The notes beneath the pieces were generated by a model that was not told where the DNA came from, did not search any database, and worked only from the letters and a program-made list of their open reading frames with translations. Source: Candidatus Aminicenantes bacterium (GTDB taxonomy: Bacteria; Acidobacteriota; Aminicenantia; Aminicenantales; UBA4085). Taken from it: a DNA stretch of 64,000 nucleotides. A program made the position numbers and the translations under genes. The stretch's first letter is position 1. Each line of letters starts with the position of its first letter. Shown piece by piece: positions 9,580 through 18,445 of this stretch. Location of the stretch: the NCBI GenBank assembly GCA_026393865.1, contig JAPKZI010000234.1:288-64287 (forward strand), given 5' to 3'.

Positions 9580-10143
9580 TTATTTCTTAAAGATCTTCTT
9601 CAGCGGTTCGACGGCGTCGAGCGATTTGTCGACCTCGACGAGAGGGATGTCCGTGCTCTTGCAGATCTTCGTGAACAACCCGTCCTGATTGCCCGATCTG
9701 AGGATGATGGCCATTTTCGCCGCGGGGAGGAATTCGTTGATGATCTCGTCGGTCAGCTCGCCGCGCCGCTGTGCGCCGCCCAGGTGCATGGCCAGGATGG
9801 GAATGGCTTTCCGCTTGGCCTCGGCGACGAGCTCCCGGATCCGCTCCTTTTCCTTATTCGTGTCCAACCCGGCCGAACCCAGACCCTTCATGCTCGCGCC
9901 GAGGACGAGGACGAGAGTTTTCTGGTTCTCCAAGTCCTTGCTGGTGCCCGCCTTCGAAAGCGTGGCCGTCAAGGACGCTTTCTTGGTCAGCTGCAGGGCG
10001 ATCTGGGCGTCGCCCGAACTTTGGCCGGCCGAGGTGACGAGGAGCGGCTGCTCGAAGACCGCCGGCGGTGTTTGGGCGGGAAGAACCGAGGCGGCGATGA
10101 GGATGAAAAACGCTAGAAATAAAACAGATTGCTTTTTTGTCAT
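9580..10143 (-). CDS. Exported protein of unknown function (alpha/beta, Rossmann-like pattern)
   Basis: 187 aa with a signal peptide (VLFLAFFILIAASVLPAQ). The alternating beta-alpha pattern (TLVLVLGAS..., AIPILAMHLGG..., MAIILRSG...) shows no DctP/TAXI signature that I recognise. Confidence 0.55.
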   Translation of the reverse strand: MTKKQSVLFLAFFILIAASVLPAQTPPAVFEQPLLVTSAGQSSGDAQIALQLTKKASLTATLSKAGTSKDLENQKTLVLVLGASMKGLGSAGLDTNKEKERIRELVAEAKRKAIPILAMHLGGAQRRGELTDEIINEFLPAAKMAIILRSGNQDGLFTKICKSTDIPLVEVDKSLDAVEPLKKIFKK

Positions 10144-10176
10144 GAAAACCTCCGCGATGTGTTTATGAACATTCCC

Positions 10177-11895
10177 TCAATATCCGGCGCCGACGCCGTC
10201 GCGCCGCGAATCCGCTCCGCCGAGAAGGATCTTCTTGTCGCGCAGGATCATGATCCCCTGGGCCCCCCCGAAGTATTTGTCGTAGGGCTCCTTGAGGGCG
10301 ATCTTGTGGCCCAGCGCTCTGAGCGCGGCGAGCGTCGGCTCCGGGAGCCGGGGCTCGACGGAGAGGTCGCGGACCTTGCCGTCCACGGAATAGGAAAAAA
10401 AGCGTGGCGCTTCGATCGCCTCGTCGAGCGACATCCCGAAATCGACGATGTTGATGATGATCTGACCGAGCGAGGGGAAGATGCGGGTCCCTCCCGGAGA
10501 GCCGAGGGTCAGGAACGGCCGGCCGTCCTTGACCATGATCAGAGGGCCCATGTTGCTCACCGGCCGGCGGTCGGGCCGGGGCGCGTTGGGCGAATCGGGA
10601 TCGGTCGAGAAGTCGGCCATGTGATCGTTGAGCAGAAAGCCCGTCCCTTCGGGAACGATCCCCGTGCCGAAGAAGTCATTGATGGATTGGGTCAGGGCGA
10701 CGATGTTGCCGTCCTTGTCGATGACTCCGACGTGGGTGGTGTTCTCCTTTTTGTCCTGGACCGGATCGAACTTGCCGTAGCCATAGGCCCCGGCGGTTTT
10801 GTCGGGGCGGATCTTGTCCCGGACCTCCTTGGCGTAATCCTTGGCCAGGATCCGGGCGAGGGGCATGGCGACGAAGTCCGGATCGCCGTCGTAACGTTCC
10901 TTGTCGGCGAAGATGAAGCGCATGGCCTCGCTCAGATGATGGATATAGGCCGGCGAATTATGCCCCCAGTCCGCGAGCGGCCAGCTCTCGGCGATGTTGA
11001 GGAGTTGGAGGATATGGAGCCCGCCCGTGGCCGGGGGAGGCGGGGTGTAGATCGTATAACCTTTGTAGGTCCCCTGAAGGGGCTCGACCTCGGCCGGCCG
11101 ATAGGCCGCCAGGTCTTGGAGAGACATGATCCCGTCCTTGGCCCGGACGGCGGCCACGATTTTCGGGGCGATGTCGCCTTTATAAAAAACGTCGATCCCC
11201 TCGCGGCCGATCCTCCTCAGGGTCGCGGCCAGCTCGGGATTCTTGTAGACGTCACCCGGCTCATAAGGGACGCCGCCGTTCAAATAGCAGGTCCCTTCCC
11301 CCGCGTTCTTCAAGAGCTTCTCGTATTCGTCCTTGTTGATCTGGCTGAAAGTCGGACCGACCGGAAATCCCGTCTCGGCGATCTCGATCGCCCTCGCGGC
11401 CGCCTCGGACAGGCGTTTCGTCCCGTATTTGGCGAGGGCGTAATCCCAGCCGGCAAGCATCCCCGGCACGCCGACGGCCGTGCCGCGCTCCTGGCGCCAC
11501 TCGGCCTGCTTTTCGCCCTTGTCCCTGAACATCGCCGGCGTGGTCGCGGCCGGCGCTTTCTCCCGGAAATTGATGACCGTCACTTTTTTTGTGGCGGCCT
11601 GGTAGACGACCATGAACCCGCCTCCCCCGATGCCCGAAGCGAACGGCTCGGCGGCGTTCAAGGCAAATGCCGTGGCGACGGCGGCGTCCACGGCGTTGCC
11701 GCCGCTCTTGAGCATGGCCAGGCCGGCTTCGGCCGCCAGCGGATGGGCGGCGACGACCATCCCTTTCGCGCCGATATAATTGAAAGGAGCGTGCCGGTCC
11801 TGGGGCGGTCCGGGCAGCCGCGCTTTTTGCGGCCGGCAGGCGACGCCGAGGACCGCGGCCCAGACGACAAGCCCGATCGCAAAGGCCTGTTTCAC
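10177..11895 (-). CDS. ggt: Gamma-glutamyltranspeptidase
   Basis: 572 aa with a signal peptide. It carries the GGGGFMVV oxyanion region and an autoprocessing/catalytic Thr context ENTTHVGVIDKDGN, plus GSPGGTRI near the C-terminus. Confidence 0.9.
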   Translation of the reverse strand: MKQAFAIGLVVWAAVLGVACRPQKARLPGPPQDRHAPFNYIGAKGMVVAAHPLAAEAGLAMLKSGGNAVDAAVATAFALNAAEPFASGIGGGGFMVVYQAATKKVTVINFREKAPAATTPAMFRDKGEKQAEWRQERGTAVGVPGMLAGWDYALAKYGTKRLSEAAARAIEIAETGFPVGPTFSQINKDEYEKLLKNAGEGTCYLNGGVPYEPGDVYKNPELAATLRRIGREGIDVFYKGDIAPKIVAAVRAKDGIMSLQDLAAYRPAEVEPLQGTYKGYTIYTPPPPATGGLHILQLLNIAESWPLADWGHNSPAYIHHLSEAMRFIFADKERYDGDPDFVAMPLARILAKDYAKEVRDKIRPDKTAGAYGYGKFDPVQDKKENTTHVGVIDKDGNIVALTQSINDFFGTGIVPEGTGFLLNDHMADFSTDPDSPNAPRPDRRPVSNMGPLIMVKDGRPFLTLGSPGGTRIFPSLGQIIINIVDFGMSLDEAIEAPRFFSYSVDGKVRDLSVEPRLPEPTLAALRALGHKIALKEPYDKYFGGAQGIMILRDKKILLGGADSRRDGVGAGY

Positions 11896-12428
11896 GTGTT
11901 TTCCTCCTGCATGAGCTTTCTCAGCTCCTCTTCGGATGGGAGGTCCTCGATGGCGTTCAATCCGAAATAGGCCAGGAATTTCTCCGTGGTCCGGTACAGG
12001 AGGGGCCGTCCCGGCGCTTCTTTCCGCCCGACGATCTTGATCAGCTTGTTCTCGAGCAGCGTATGCAGGGCGTAGGTCGAATCGACGCCGCGGATCGCCG
12101 AGATCTCGGATTGCGTGACCGGCTGATGATAGGCCACGGCCGAGAGCGTCTCGAGCGCTTGGCTGGAGAGTTTCTTTTTCCGCTCGATCTGGAGCAGCCG
12201 CCGGACATGGGGATCGTAGGCCGGTTTCGTCGAAAAGACATAGCCGCCCGCCGTCTGGATGATGCGGATGGCGCCGTCCGCCGATTCATAGCGGGCCACG
12301 AGCTCTTGGAGGGCCTGAACGATGTCCGGCTCGGGGACGTCGGTCAGGACCTCCTTCATTTTTTCCGCCGTCAGCGGCTCGACCGAAATGAAAATGAGGG
12401 CTTCGATGATCTCTTTGAGATTATCCAT
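11892..12428 (-). CDS. scpB: Segregation and condensation protein B
   Basis: 178 aa with the ScpB N-terminus IEALIFISVEPLT and tandem winged-helix pattern. It lies directly downstream of scpA and has a 4-nt overlap with ggt. Confidence 0.85.
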   Translation of the reverse strand: MDNLKEIIEALIFISVEPLTAEKMKEVLTDVPEPDIVQALQELVARYESADGAIRIIQTAGGYVFSTKPAYDPHVRRLLQIERKKKLSSQALETLSAVAYHQPVTQSEISAIRGVDSTYALHTLLENKLIKIVGRKEAPGRPLLYRTTEKFLAYFGLNAIEDLPSEEELRKLMQEENT

Positions 12429-12438
12429 GGACCGTCCC

Positions 12439-13200
12439 TTACGCCGGCGCGGCGTCCTTTCTCGGCCAGACCTTGATCGTGTGGAAGAGCTGTTCCTGGA
12501 TGGCGATGATGAGGCGGGCCTTGATGAGCTCCAAGAGGCAGAAGAAGCTGATGAGCGCCTCCTCGAGCGTTTCCTGGGCGTCGAGGTAATCCAGGAAATC
12601 GAGGACGCCGCGGGCCTTGAGGACCGCGACGATCTCGTTCATCTTGTCGGCCATCGTGATCTCCTTGCCCTTGATGACCCGCTGGTTCTCGCTCTGTTTT
12701 CGCTTCATCAGGGTGAAGAAGGACTCGGCCAGGTCGAACAAAGAGACCTCGATCAGGTCGAGGTCCTCCTCCGGCAGCGGCGCGGTGAGGACCGTCCGTT
12801 TCCAGATATGGGACATCTCGTCCTCTTTCTCCCGGAGGAGCGTCGAAGCGGCCTTGATCTTCTGAAAGTCGACGAGCCGGTCGACGAGCTCTTTCCGCGG
12901 ATCGATATCGGGATCGAGGGGTTGTTCGCGGGGGAGCAGCATCTGGGATTTGATGTGGATGAGCAAAGCGGCCATAAGCAGGAACTCGGCCTCGCGGTCG
13001 AGGTTGAGGCGCTCTTTCCGGCTCAGGTAGTCCAGGTATTCCCGGGTGATGATGGCGATCGGGATGTCGCGGATGTCGATCTTCTTCTTTTTGATGAGGA
13101 AGAGGAGGAGGTCGAGGGGACCTTCGAAAACCTGAAGCTTGATCTGGTAGCCGTCCTCCGGGCCGGGAGTCGAGGAGGAATCCATTTCTGTCGCAATCAT
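12439..13200 (-). CDS. scpA: Segregation and condensation protein A (kleisin)
   Basis: 253 aa with the kleisin N-terminal motif FEGPLDLLLFLIKKKKIDIRDIPIAIIT.EYL. Confidence 0.85.
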   Translation of the reverse strand: MIATEMDSSSTPGPEDGYQIKLQVFEGPLDLLLFLIKKKKIDIRDIPIAIITREYLDYLSRKERLNLDREAEFLLMAALLIHIKSQMLLPREQPLDPDIDPRKELVDRLVDFQKIKAASTLLREKEDEMSHIWKRTVLTAPLPEEDLDLIEVSLFDLAESFFTLMKRKQSENQRVIKGKEITMADKMNEIVAVLKARGVLDFLDYLDAQETLEEALISFFCLLELIKARLIIAIQEQLFHTIKVWPRKDAAPA

Positions 13201-13209
13201 ACGCTTGAA

Positions 13210-14202
13210 TTAGAAGCCCAAGGCCGCCCGGACCGTGTCCATGGTCGCCTGGGCGACTCGGCGGGCCTTGCGGTTGCCTTCTTCGAGGATGTCCCGGACG
13301 CGGCCGGGATTCTTCTCGAACGCCCGGCGGCGTTCCTGGATGGGCTCGAGCGTCCGGATCAGGTATTCGAGCACGACCGCCTTGCAATCGCGGCAGCCGA
13401 TGCCGGCCGTCCGGCAGCCGTGGGCGGCCTCGTCCTGTTTCTCTTTGGGGACGAACGCCCGGTGCAGGGTAAAGACCGGGCAGTCGTTCGGCTCGCCCGG
13501 ATCGCTGCGACGCATCCGGCGCGTGTCGGTGATCATCGGCATGATCTTCTCCCGGATGAGCTCCGGCGGATCCTTGATCAGGATCGAGTTGCCGAAGGAC
13601 TTGCTCATCTTCCGGCCGTCCGTGCCGGCCAGCCGCGGGACCTCGGTGAGGAGAGTCTGCGGCTCGGGAAAGATCGGGCCGAAGATGCGGTTGAAACGCC
13701 GGACGATCTCGCGTGTCAGCTCGAGGTGAGCAGCCTGGTCCTCGCCGACGGGGACGAAATCGGCCTTATAAATGACGATGTCGGCGGCCTGGAGGACGGG
13801 GTAACCGAGGAACCCGTAGGTGTTGAGGTCCTTGTCCTGGAGCTCCTGCTGCATCTCCTTGAACGTGGGCACTCGCTCGAGCCAGGGCAGCGGTGTGACC
13901 ATGGACAGGATCAGGTGGAGCTCGGCGTGCTCTTTGACCTCGGACTGGAGGAACATGACGCACTTGTCCGGGTCGAGGCCGACGGCGAGCCAATCCAGGG
14001 CGACCTCGAAGATGTGGTCCTTGATGGCCTTTGAATTCATGTATTCCGAGCTCAGGGCATGCCAGCCGACGATGGTATAAAAGCACTGATAGACGTCCTG
14101 CAGCCTCAGCCAGTTGCGGAGCGCTCCGACGAAGTTGCCGAGGTGCTGGGGGCCCGTGGGCCGCACCCCGCTGAGGACGATCTTCTTTTGTTGTTCGCTC
14201 AT
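13210..14202 (-). CDS. trpS: Tryptophan--tRNA ligase
   Basis: 330 aa class I aaRS with a HIGH-like PTGPQHLGNFVGA segment and a KMSKS motif. Confidence 0.9.
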   Translation of the reverse strand: MSEQQKKIVLSGVRPTGPQHLGNFVGALRNWLRLQDVYQCFYTIVGWHALSSEYMNSKAIKDHIFEVALDWLAVGLDPDKCVMFLQSEVKEHAELHLILSMVTPLPWLERVPTFKEMQQELQDKDLNTYGFLGYPVLQAADIVIYKADFVPVGEDQAAHLELTREIVRRFNRIFGPIFPEPQTLLTEVPRLAGTDGRKMSKSFGNSILIKDPPELIREKIMPMITDTRRMRRSDPGEPNDCPVFTLHRAFVPKEKQDEAAHGCRTAGIGCRDCKAVVLEYLIRTLEPIQERRRAFEKNPGRVRDILEEGNRKARRVAQATMDTVRAALGF

Positions 14203-15011
14203 CCGAGGAAGATGAAGATCAGGAATTTCAGGGGTTCGATGATGAAGCTCAGGAAACCCATATAGACAAGAAAAATGACGATGATGAATCCATAGGGCCG
14301 GATCCGGTCGTAGCGCTGGGCCGCTTCGTCGGGGAGGATGCCCATTAGGACACCGCTCCCGTCCAGGGGCGGAATGGGGATGAGATTGAAGATGGCGAAA
14401 TAGCAGTTCATGATCAGGAACATGAACAGGAACAGCACCAGCCCTTCAGCCAGATGAAAACCCTGGGGCAGGATGGGGATCATGAAGCCGGCTTTGAGTT
14501 TGAGGATCTCGACCAGGTTCCGCAGGAAGAAGCCCGCTTCCGCGTTGGCCAGTTTCAGGATGAAGAGGAGGAGGAAGGCGGCGGCCGCGGCCATGAGGTT
14601 CGCGGCCGGGCCGGCGAAGGAGATCCAGATGTTGTCCCGCCGCGGATTTTTTAAATTATAGGGATTGACGGGGACGGGCTTGGCCCAGCCGAAGGCCGGC
14701 AGTCCGGCGATCGACATCAGCACGGGCAGCAGGATCGTGCCGATCGGATCGATATGGGCGATGGGATTCATCGTCACCCGCCCCAGTTTGAGGGCCGTCG
14801 GGTCGCCCATCCGGTTGGCCGCCCAGCCGTGGGAGGCCTCATGGATGGTGATGGCGAAGAGGACGATGAACAGCTGCATCACGATGAAGAGGATATTCAT
14901 GATAAACCAGGCCGTATTTATAGCATAAGCGGGAGCCTCAGGCAAGAATGATGCGGCCCGTTTGGGATTAAAGGAAACATTTACCCTTTCTGAGGGTGGG
15001 ATCTTGTCCAC
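14199..15011 (-). CDS. M50-family (site-2 protease-like) membrane zinc metalloprotease
   Basis: HEASHG (HExxH) sits in a TM helix and the protein is polytopic. The track start is 15011, but an internal ATG at 14900 (MNILFIVMQLF..) gives an N-terminus more typical of the family. There is a 4-nt overlap with trpS. Confidence 0.7.
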   Translation of the reverse strand: MDKIPPSERVNVSFNPKRAASFLPEAPAYAINTAWFIMNILFIVMQLFIVLFAITIHEASHGWAANRMGDPTALKLGRVTMNPIAHIDPIGTILLPVLMSIAGLPAFGWAKPVPVNPYNLKNPRRDNIWISFAGPAANLMAAAAAFLLLFILKLANAEAGFFLRNLVEILKLKAGFMIPILPQGFHLAEGLVLFLFMFLIMNCYFAIFNLIPIPPLDGSGVLMGILPDEAAQRYDRIRPYGFIIVIFLVYMGFLSFIIEPLKFLIFIFLG

Positions 15012-15050
15012 CCTCGGAAAGGGTCAAATCACCCCGTGGCTCTGTGCCGA

Positions 15051-15965
15051 TTAAATTTTAATGGCGGCTAGTATTGTGATGGCGTTATGCTTCATCGAGC
15101 CCGTGTCGTCGGAGCCCATCGATTTATTCAGCTTCGATAGGCCGAGCTGATAGGCCAACTTGATCAGGAAATTCATCCCGCTGAGGTTCATTTCGTAGCC
15201 GGCCCCCAAGGAAAGGCCGAAGTGGAATTTGTTGAGATCATCCATGATGTCCGTACTTCCGCCTTCACTTGTGACGGTTTTCGCCGAAAGGATAAGGCCA
15301 AAATAGGGCCCTCCGGCGACAAAGAGGCCGTTGAAACCGTATTTGACGTCCATGGGAATGATGAGGCCGCTCAGGGCGACCGTAGCTTTCCCGCCCTCCC
15401 CATTTAAAACGTTGCCGGCGGTCGAGAAGAGGAGCCCCGGCATGACCGCGAGATTTCCGCCCAAGGGGTATTCATAACCGGCTCCAATCTGAAATCCAAA
15501 CCTCATGCTTTTCGTGATTCCCATGGCCGACATCCCGCTGTCCGTGTTCGAGTCATATGATTGATTGGAGAGGACGGGCCCCAATCCGAAAAAGAAGCCG
15601 CCCGCTTTCGCGGCCGCTCTTGGGGCGGCATAGGCGGGAGCGGCGGCCGTTCTCTGCGGCTGGGCGGGCGCCCCGGGAGCGCCGATCTCCTCGACGACGT
15701 CGGCGTTGATGAAGCCGGTGACGGTCTTCCCGGTCGCATCCGTCACGGCGATCTCAAACCAGTTGCCCGTCTTCTTGATGACCTCGAAGAGCGTGCCGAG
15801 GGCGGCCCGGCTGATGACGGCCGATGTCGCGTCGGGCTGTTGACGGACATTGGCGGTCGTGACCTTGACCTTGATGACGGCGGCGTCGGCGAAAGCGGCC
15901 GCGGCCAAGAAAACAAAGATAACAAAAATCGCGAAAATTATTTTTTTCATCGGGTGTCCTTTCAA
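15051..15965 (-). CDS. Outer-membrane beta-barrel protein with N-terminal SH3b-like domain
   Basis: It has a signal peptide (IFVIFVFLAAAAFADA), an SH3b-like segment (ANVRQQPDATSAVISRAALGTLFEVIKKTGNWFEI), an Ala/Pro linker, and then alternating amphipathic strands (FGFQIGAGYEY, FGLSLGAGYEM) typical of small OMP barrels. Confidence 0.6.
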   Translation of the reverse strand: MKGHPMKKIIFAIFVIFVFLAAAAFADAAVIKVKVTTANVRQQPDATSAVISRAALGTLFEVIKKTGNWFEIAVTDATGKTVTGFINADVVEEIGAPGAPAQPQRTAAAPAYAAPRAAAKAGGFFFGLGPVLSNQSYDSNTDSGMSAMGITKSMRFGFQIGAGYEYPLGGNLAVMPGLLFSTAGNVLNGEGGKATVALSGLIIPMDVKYGFNGLFVAGGPYFGLILSAKTVTSEGGSTDIMDDLNKFHFGLSLGAGYEMNLSGMNFLIKLAYQLGLSKLNKSMGSDDTGSMKHNAITILAAIKI

Positions 15966-16122
15966 TTCATTTCATCTTATTGCTTTGCGAAGCGGCTGTC
16001 AAGCCCGTTTCTATTGAAACAACCGGAGGGATCGGGGAATTTTGAAAACGGGGAGGCGCGCCTTGGGGACACCGCAAAAGCGCTCTGTCCCCAACGCGCG
16101 CGTCTCCCTACAGGATCAAAGT

Positions 16123-17700
16123 CTATCCTTTAAGGATCTTGGCGACTTCGTCCTTGTCCACGTCCAGCACGTACGAAATGCCGCTGATCTCGGCCGCGGG
16201 CTTGGTCAGGGCTGCGATGTCGTCCCGGGTGATGTAGCTCAGGGCGAACTTGCGGTTTCCGGCCATGAGCTGGCGAAGACCCTGGCTCAAGCGGGTGAAG
16301 TAGCTGTACACTCCGATCGCGCCCGGAGGGAGCTCGGCGAACTTCTTGCCGTATTTCCTCTTGAGCTCGGGGGCCGTGACGAAGATCTCCTCGACGGAGC
16401 TGCCGAAACGCTCGACGTAGACCGGGATCTGACCTTCGTTGATGCGCTTGCCGATCGTTTTGCCGACCATGGCCGCGGCCAGGGGGCTGCGGGCCATGTC
16501 CACGGCTTTGACGTAGGGAGCGCCGAGGGCCAGGGCCTTGAAGATCTGGTCCTCGAAGGTGATCCCGCCGCCGTAGACGATGTCGGGCAGGTATTCGCCC
16601 TGCTTGGCCAATTGGTGGGCGAATTTATACGTCAGCGACCAGATCTCGACGCCCGGGACTCCCCATTCGTTCATCATCCGCCAGGGGCTCATGCCCGTCC
16701 CGCCGCCGGCTCCGTCTACGGTCAGCATGTCGAGCTTGGCCTTGGAGGAGAACTTGACCGCCCGGGCCAGGTCGGCCGGCCGGTAGGCGCCGGTCTTGAG
16801 GAAGACGTGCTTGGCTCCCGCCTTGCGGAGCTGTTCGACGCGCTTCATGAAGCTCTCTTCCTCGACCATGCCGAGGCGGGAGTGGCGCTCGAATTCCTTG
16901 AAGCTGCCTTTCTCGAAAGCGGCGATGACGTTCGGGTCCTCGGGGTCGGGGAGGACGATGTATCCGCGCTTCCGGAGCTCCTGGGCTTTCTTGAGGCTCT
17001 TGATCTTGACCTCGCCGCCGATGTCCTTGGCCCCTTGGCCCCACTTGAGCTCGACGGTGTCCACACCCAGTTTGCTCAAGGCATATTCCTGAGTGCCCAA
17101 GCGGGCGTCCTCGACGTTGGCCTGGACGACGACCGTACCGTAGCCGTCATACCATTTTTTGAACAGTCCGACCCTCATCTCCATGTCCGGGCTGCGGAGA
17201 ACCCGGCCGTTCTTGATTTCGGATTCGTCGTCCATGCCGCAGACGTTTTCTCCGACCGTCAGGATCGAGCCCGAGATGGCCGCCCCGATGGCCAGCCCTT
17301 CCCAGTTCTGCTTGGCCACGTTGGTCGAACCCATGCCGCCCATGACGAAGGGAACCTTGAGCTTGATCGATTTGTCCCGGCCGATCGTTTGTTCGATCGT
17401 GACTTTTTCGAAGGTCGCCTTGTCGCTGTCCGCCTCGCAGCCGTGGGCGCCGGCGGCGGTGCCCATGATGCTGAAGTGGGACAGGTCGTATGGGTATTCC
17501 TTTTCCGCCCCCGCGGTGATGATGCCGAACGGCTGGGGGTAGAGGACTTCGGCCGCCCGATAAGCGGACTTGCCGATCTCGCACATCCCGATGCAGCCGT
17601 CCACGCAAGTCACGCACATCCCGCTGATTTGACTGATCGATCCTTCGGTCCTGTTTTTGGTTAAAGTCGCCGCGCTCCGGTTCAGTCTCGTATAAGACAT
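16123..17700 (-). CDS. Glutamate synthase GltB FMN/2-oxoglutarate-domain protein (archaeal-type domain 2) with N-terminal Cys cluster
   Basis: 525 aa with an N-terminal CVTCVDGCIGMCEIG cluster. TIM-barrel FMN-domain hallmarks of GltB are present (GGTGMSPW, VYGGGITFEDQIFKALALGA). An AGGAGG RBS lies upstream. Confidence 0.8.
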   Translation of the reverse strand: MSYTRLNRSAATLTKNRTEGSISQISGMCVTCVDGCIGMCEIGKSAYRAAEVLYPQPFGIITAGAEKEYPYDLSHFSIMGTAAGAHGCEADSDKATFEKVTIEQTIGRDKSIKLKVPFVMGGMGSTNVAKQNWEGLAIGAAISGSILTVGENVCGMDDESEIKNGRVLRSPDMEMRVGLFKKWYDGYGTVVVQANVEDARLGTQEYALSKLGVDTVELKWGQGAKDIGGEVKIKSLKKAQELRKRGYIVLPDPEDPNVIAAFEKGSFKEFERHSRLGMVEEESFMKRVEQLRKAGAKHVFLKTGAYRPADLARAVKFSSKAKLDMLTVDGAGGGTGMSPWRMMNEWGVPGVEIWSLTYKFAHQLAKQGEYLPDIVYGGGITFEDQIFKALALGAPYVKAVDMARSPLAAAMVGKTIGKRINEGQIPVYVERFGSSVEEIFVTAPELKRKYGKKFAELPPGAIGVYSYFTRLSQGLRQLMAGNRKFALSYITRDDIAALTKPAAEISGISYVLDVDKDEVAKILKG

Positions 17701-17761
17701 GTTGATGACCTCCTTTGGGTTATCGTTTCAGATTTGGCCTTGGCCATTTATACGATCGTCC

Positions 17762-18445
17762 CTATTTCCGTTTTTCCTGGACGCAGGTCCCGCACCGGCC
17801 GGCGTCGTACATCCAACACTGCAGCTCGCCGTATTCCTCGAGGCAGGTCGGCTCCATGGTCAGACAGGCGTTGCAGATGTCCGTCTCCGCGGCCGGCCCC
17901 TGGCACCGGAGCTGGCAGGCCGGGCATATGTACATGCACGCGCCGCAGAGCCTGCAGACCTCCGAACGGGCGTCGAACGGCGTCGAGATCTTTCTTTTGT
18001 TGCCGCGATTCTGGAAGCCGATCGCCCGGGCGTCCATCTGCTCCTCGCAGATCCGGACGCACAGACCGCAATAGACGCATTCCTCGTCGCGCGGCTTGAA
18101 CCGCTGATGGGTCAGGCCGTATTTCGAGGCCAGATCCTGCAGCTTCTTGGATCCGGGCGCCGTAGAGAGCATGAGCTCGAGCATCATCCGCCGGGCCCGG
18201 ACGACCCGGGCCGTGTCGGTGTGGACGACGAGGCCCTCTTCGACCGGGTACGTGCAGGAGGAAACCAGCTTGGACCGCGGGCCTTCGCCGATCTCGACCA
18301 GGCATAGCCGGCACCCGCCGAATTCGGTCAGGCCGTCGTTGTGGCAGAGCGTCGGGATCTCGAGCCCATAGAAACGGGCGGCTTCGAGAAGGGTCCAACC
18401 CTCCTCCGCCTGGATCTCCAATCCGTTCATTTTCAGCTGGATCAT
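17762..18445 (-). CDS. NuoG/HydA N-terminal-type Fe-S subunit (2Fe-2S plus multiple 4Fe-4S, no catalytic domain)
   Basis: The start is trimmed to MIQLKMNGLEI (ATGA overlap with the upstream stop at 18442-18445). It has a plant-type 2Fe-2S region (CHNDGLTEFGGCRLCLVEIG) and ferredoxin motifs CVYCGLCVRICE and CRLCGACMYICPAC. It ends about 227 aa in, before any H-cluster or molybdopterin domain. Confidence 0.8.
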   Translation of the reverse strand: MIQLKMNGLEIQAEEGWTLLEAARFYGLEIPTLCHNDGLTEFGGCRLCLVEIGEGPRSKLVSSCTYPVEEGLVVHTDTARVVRARRMMLELMLSTAPGSKKLQDLASKYGLTHQRFKPRDEECVYCGLCVRICEEQMDARAIGFQNRGNKRKISTPFDARSEVCRLCGACMYICPACQLRCQGPAAETDICNACLTMEPTCLEEYGELQCWMYDAGRCGTCVQEKRK

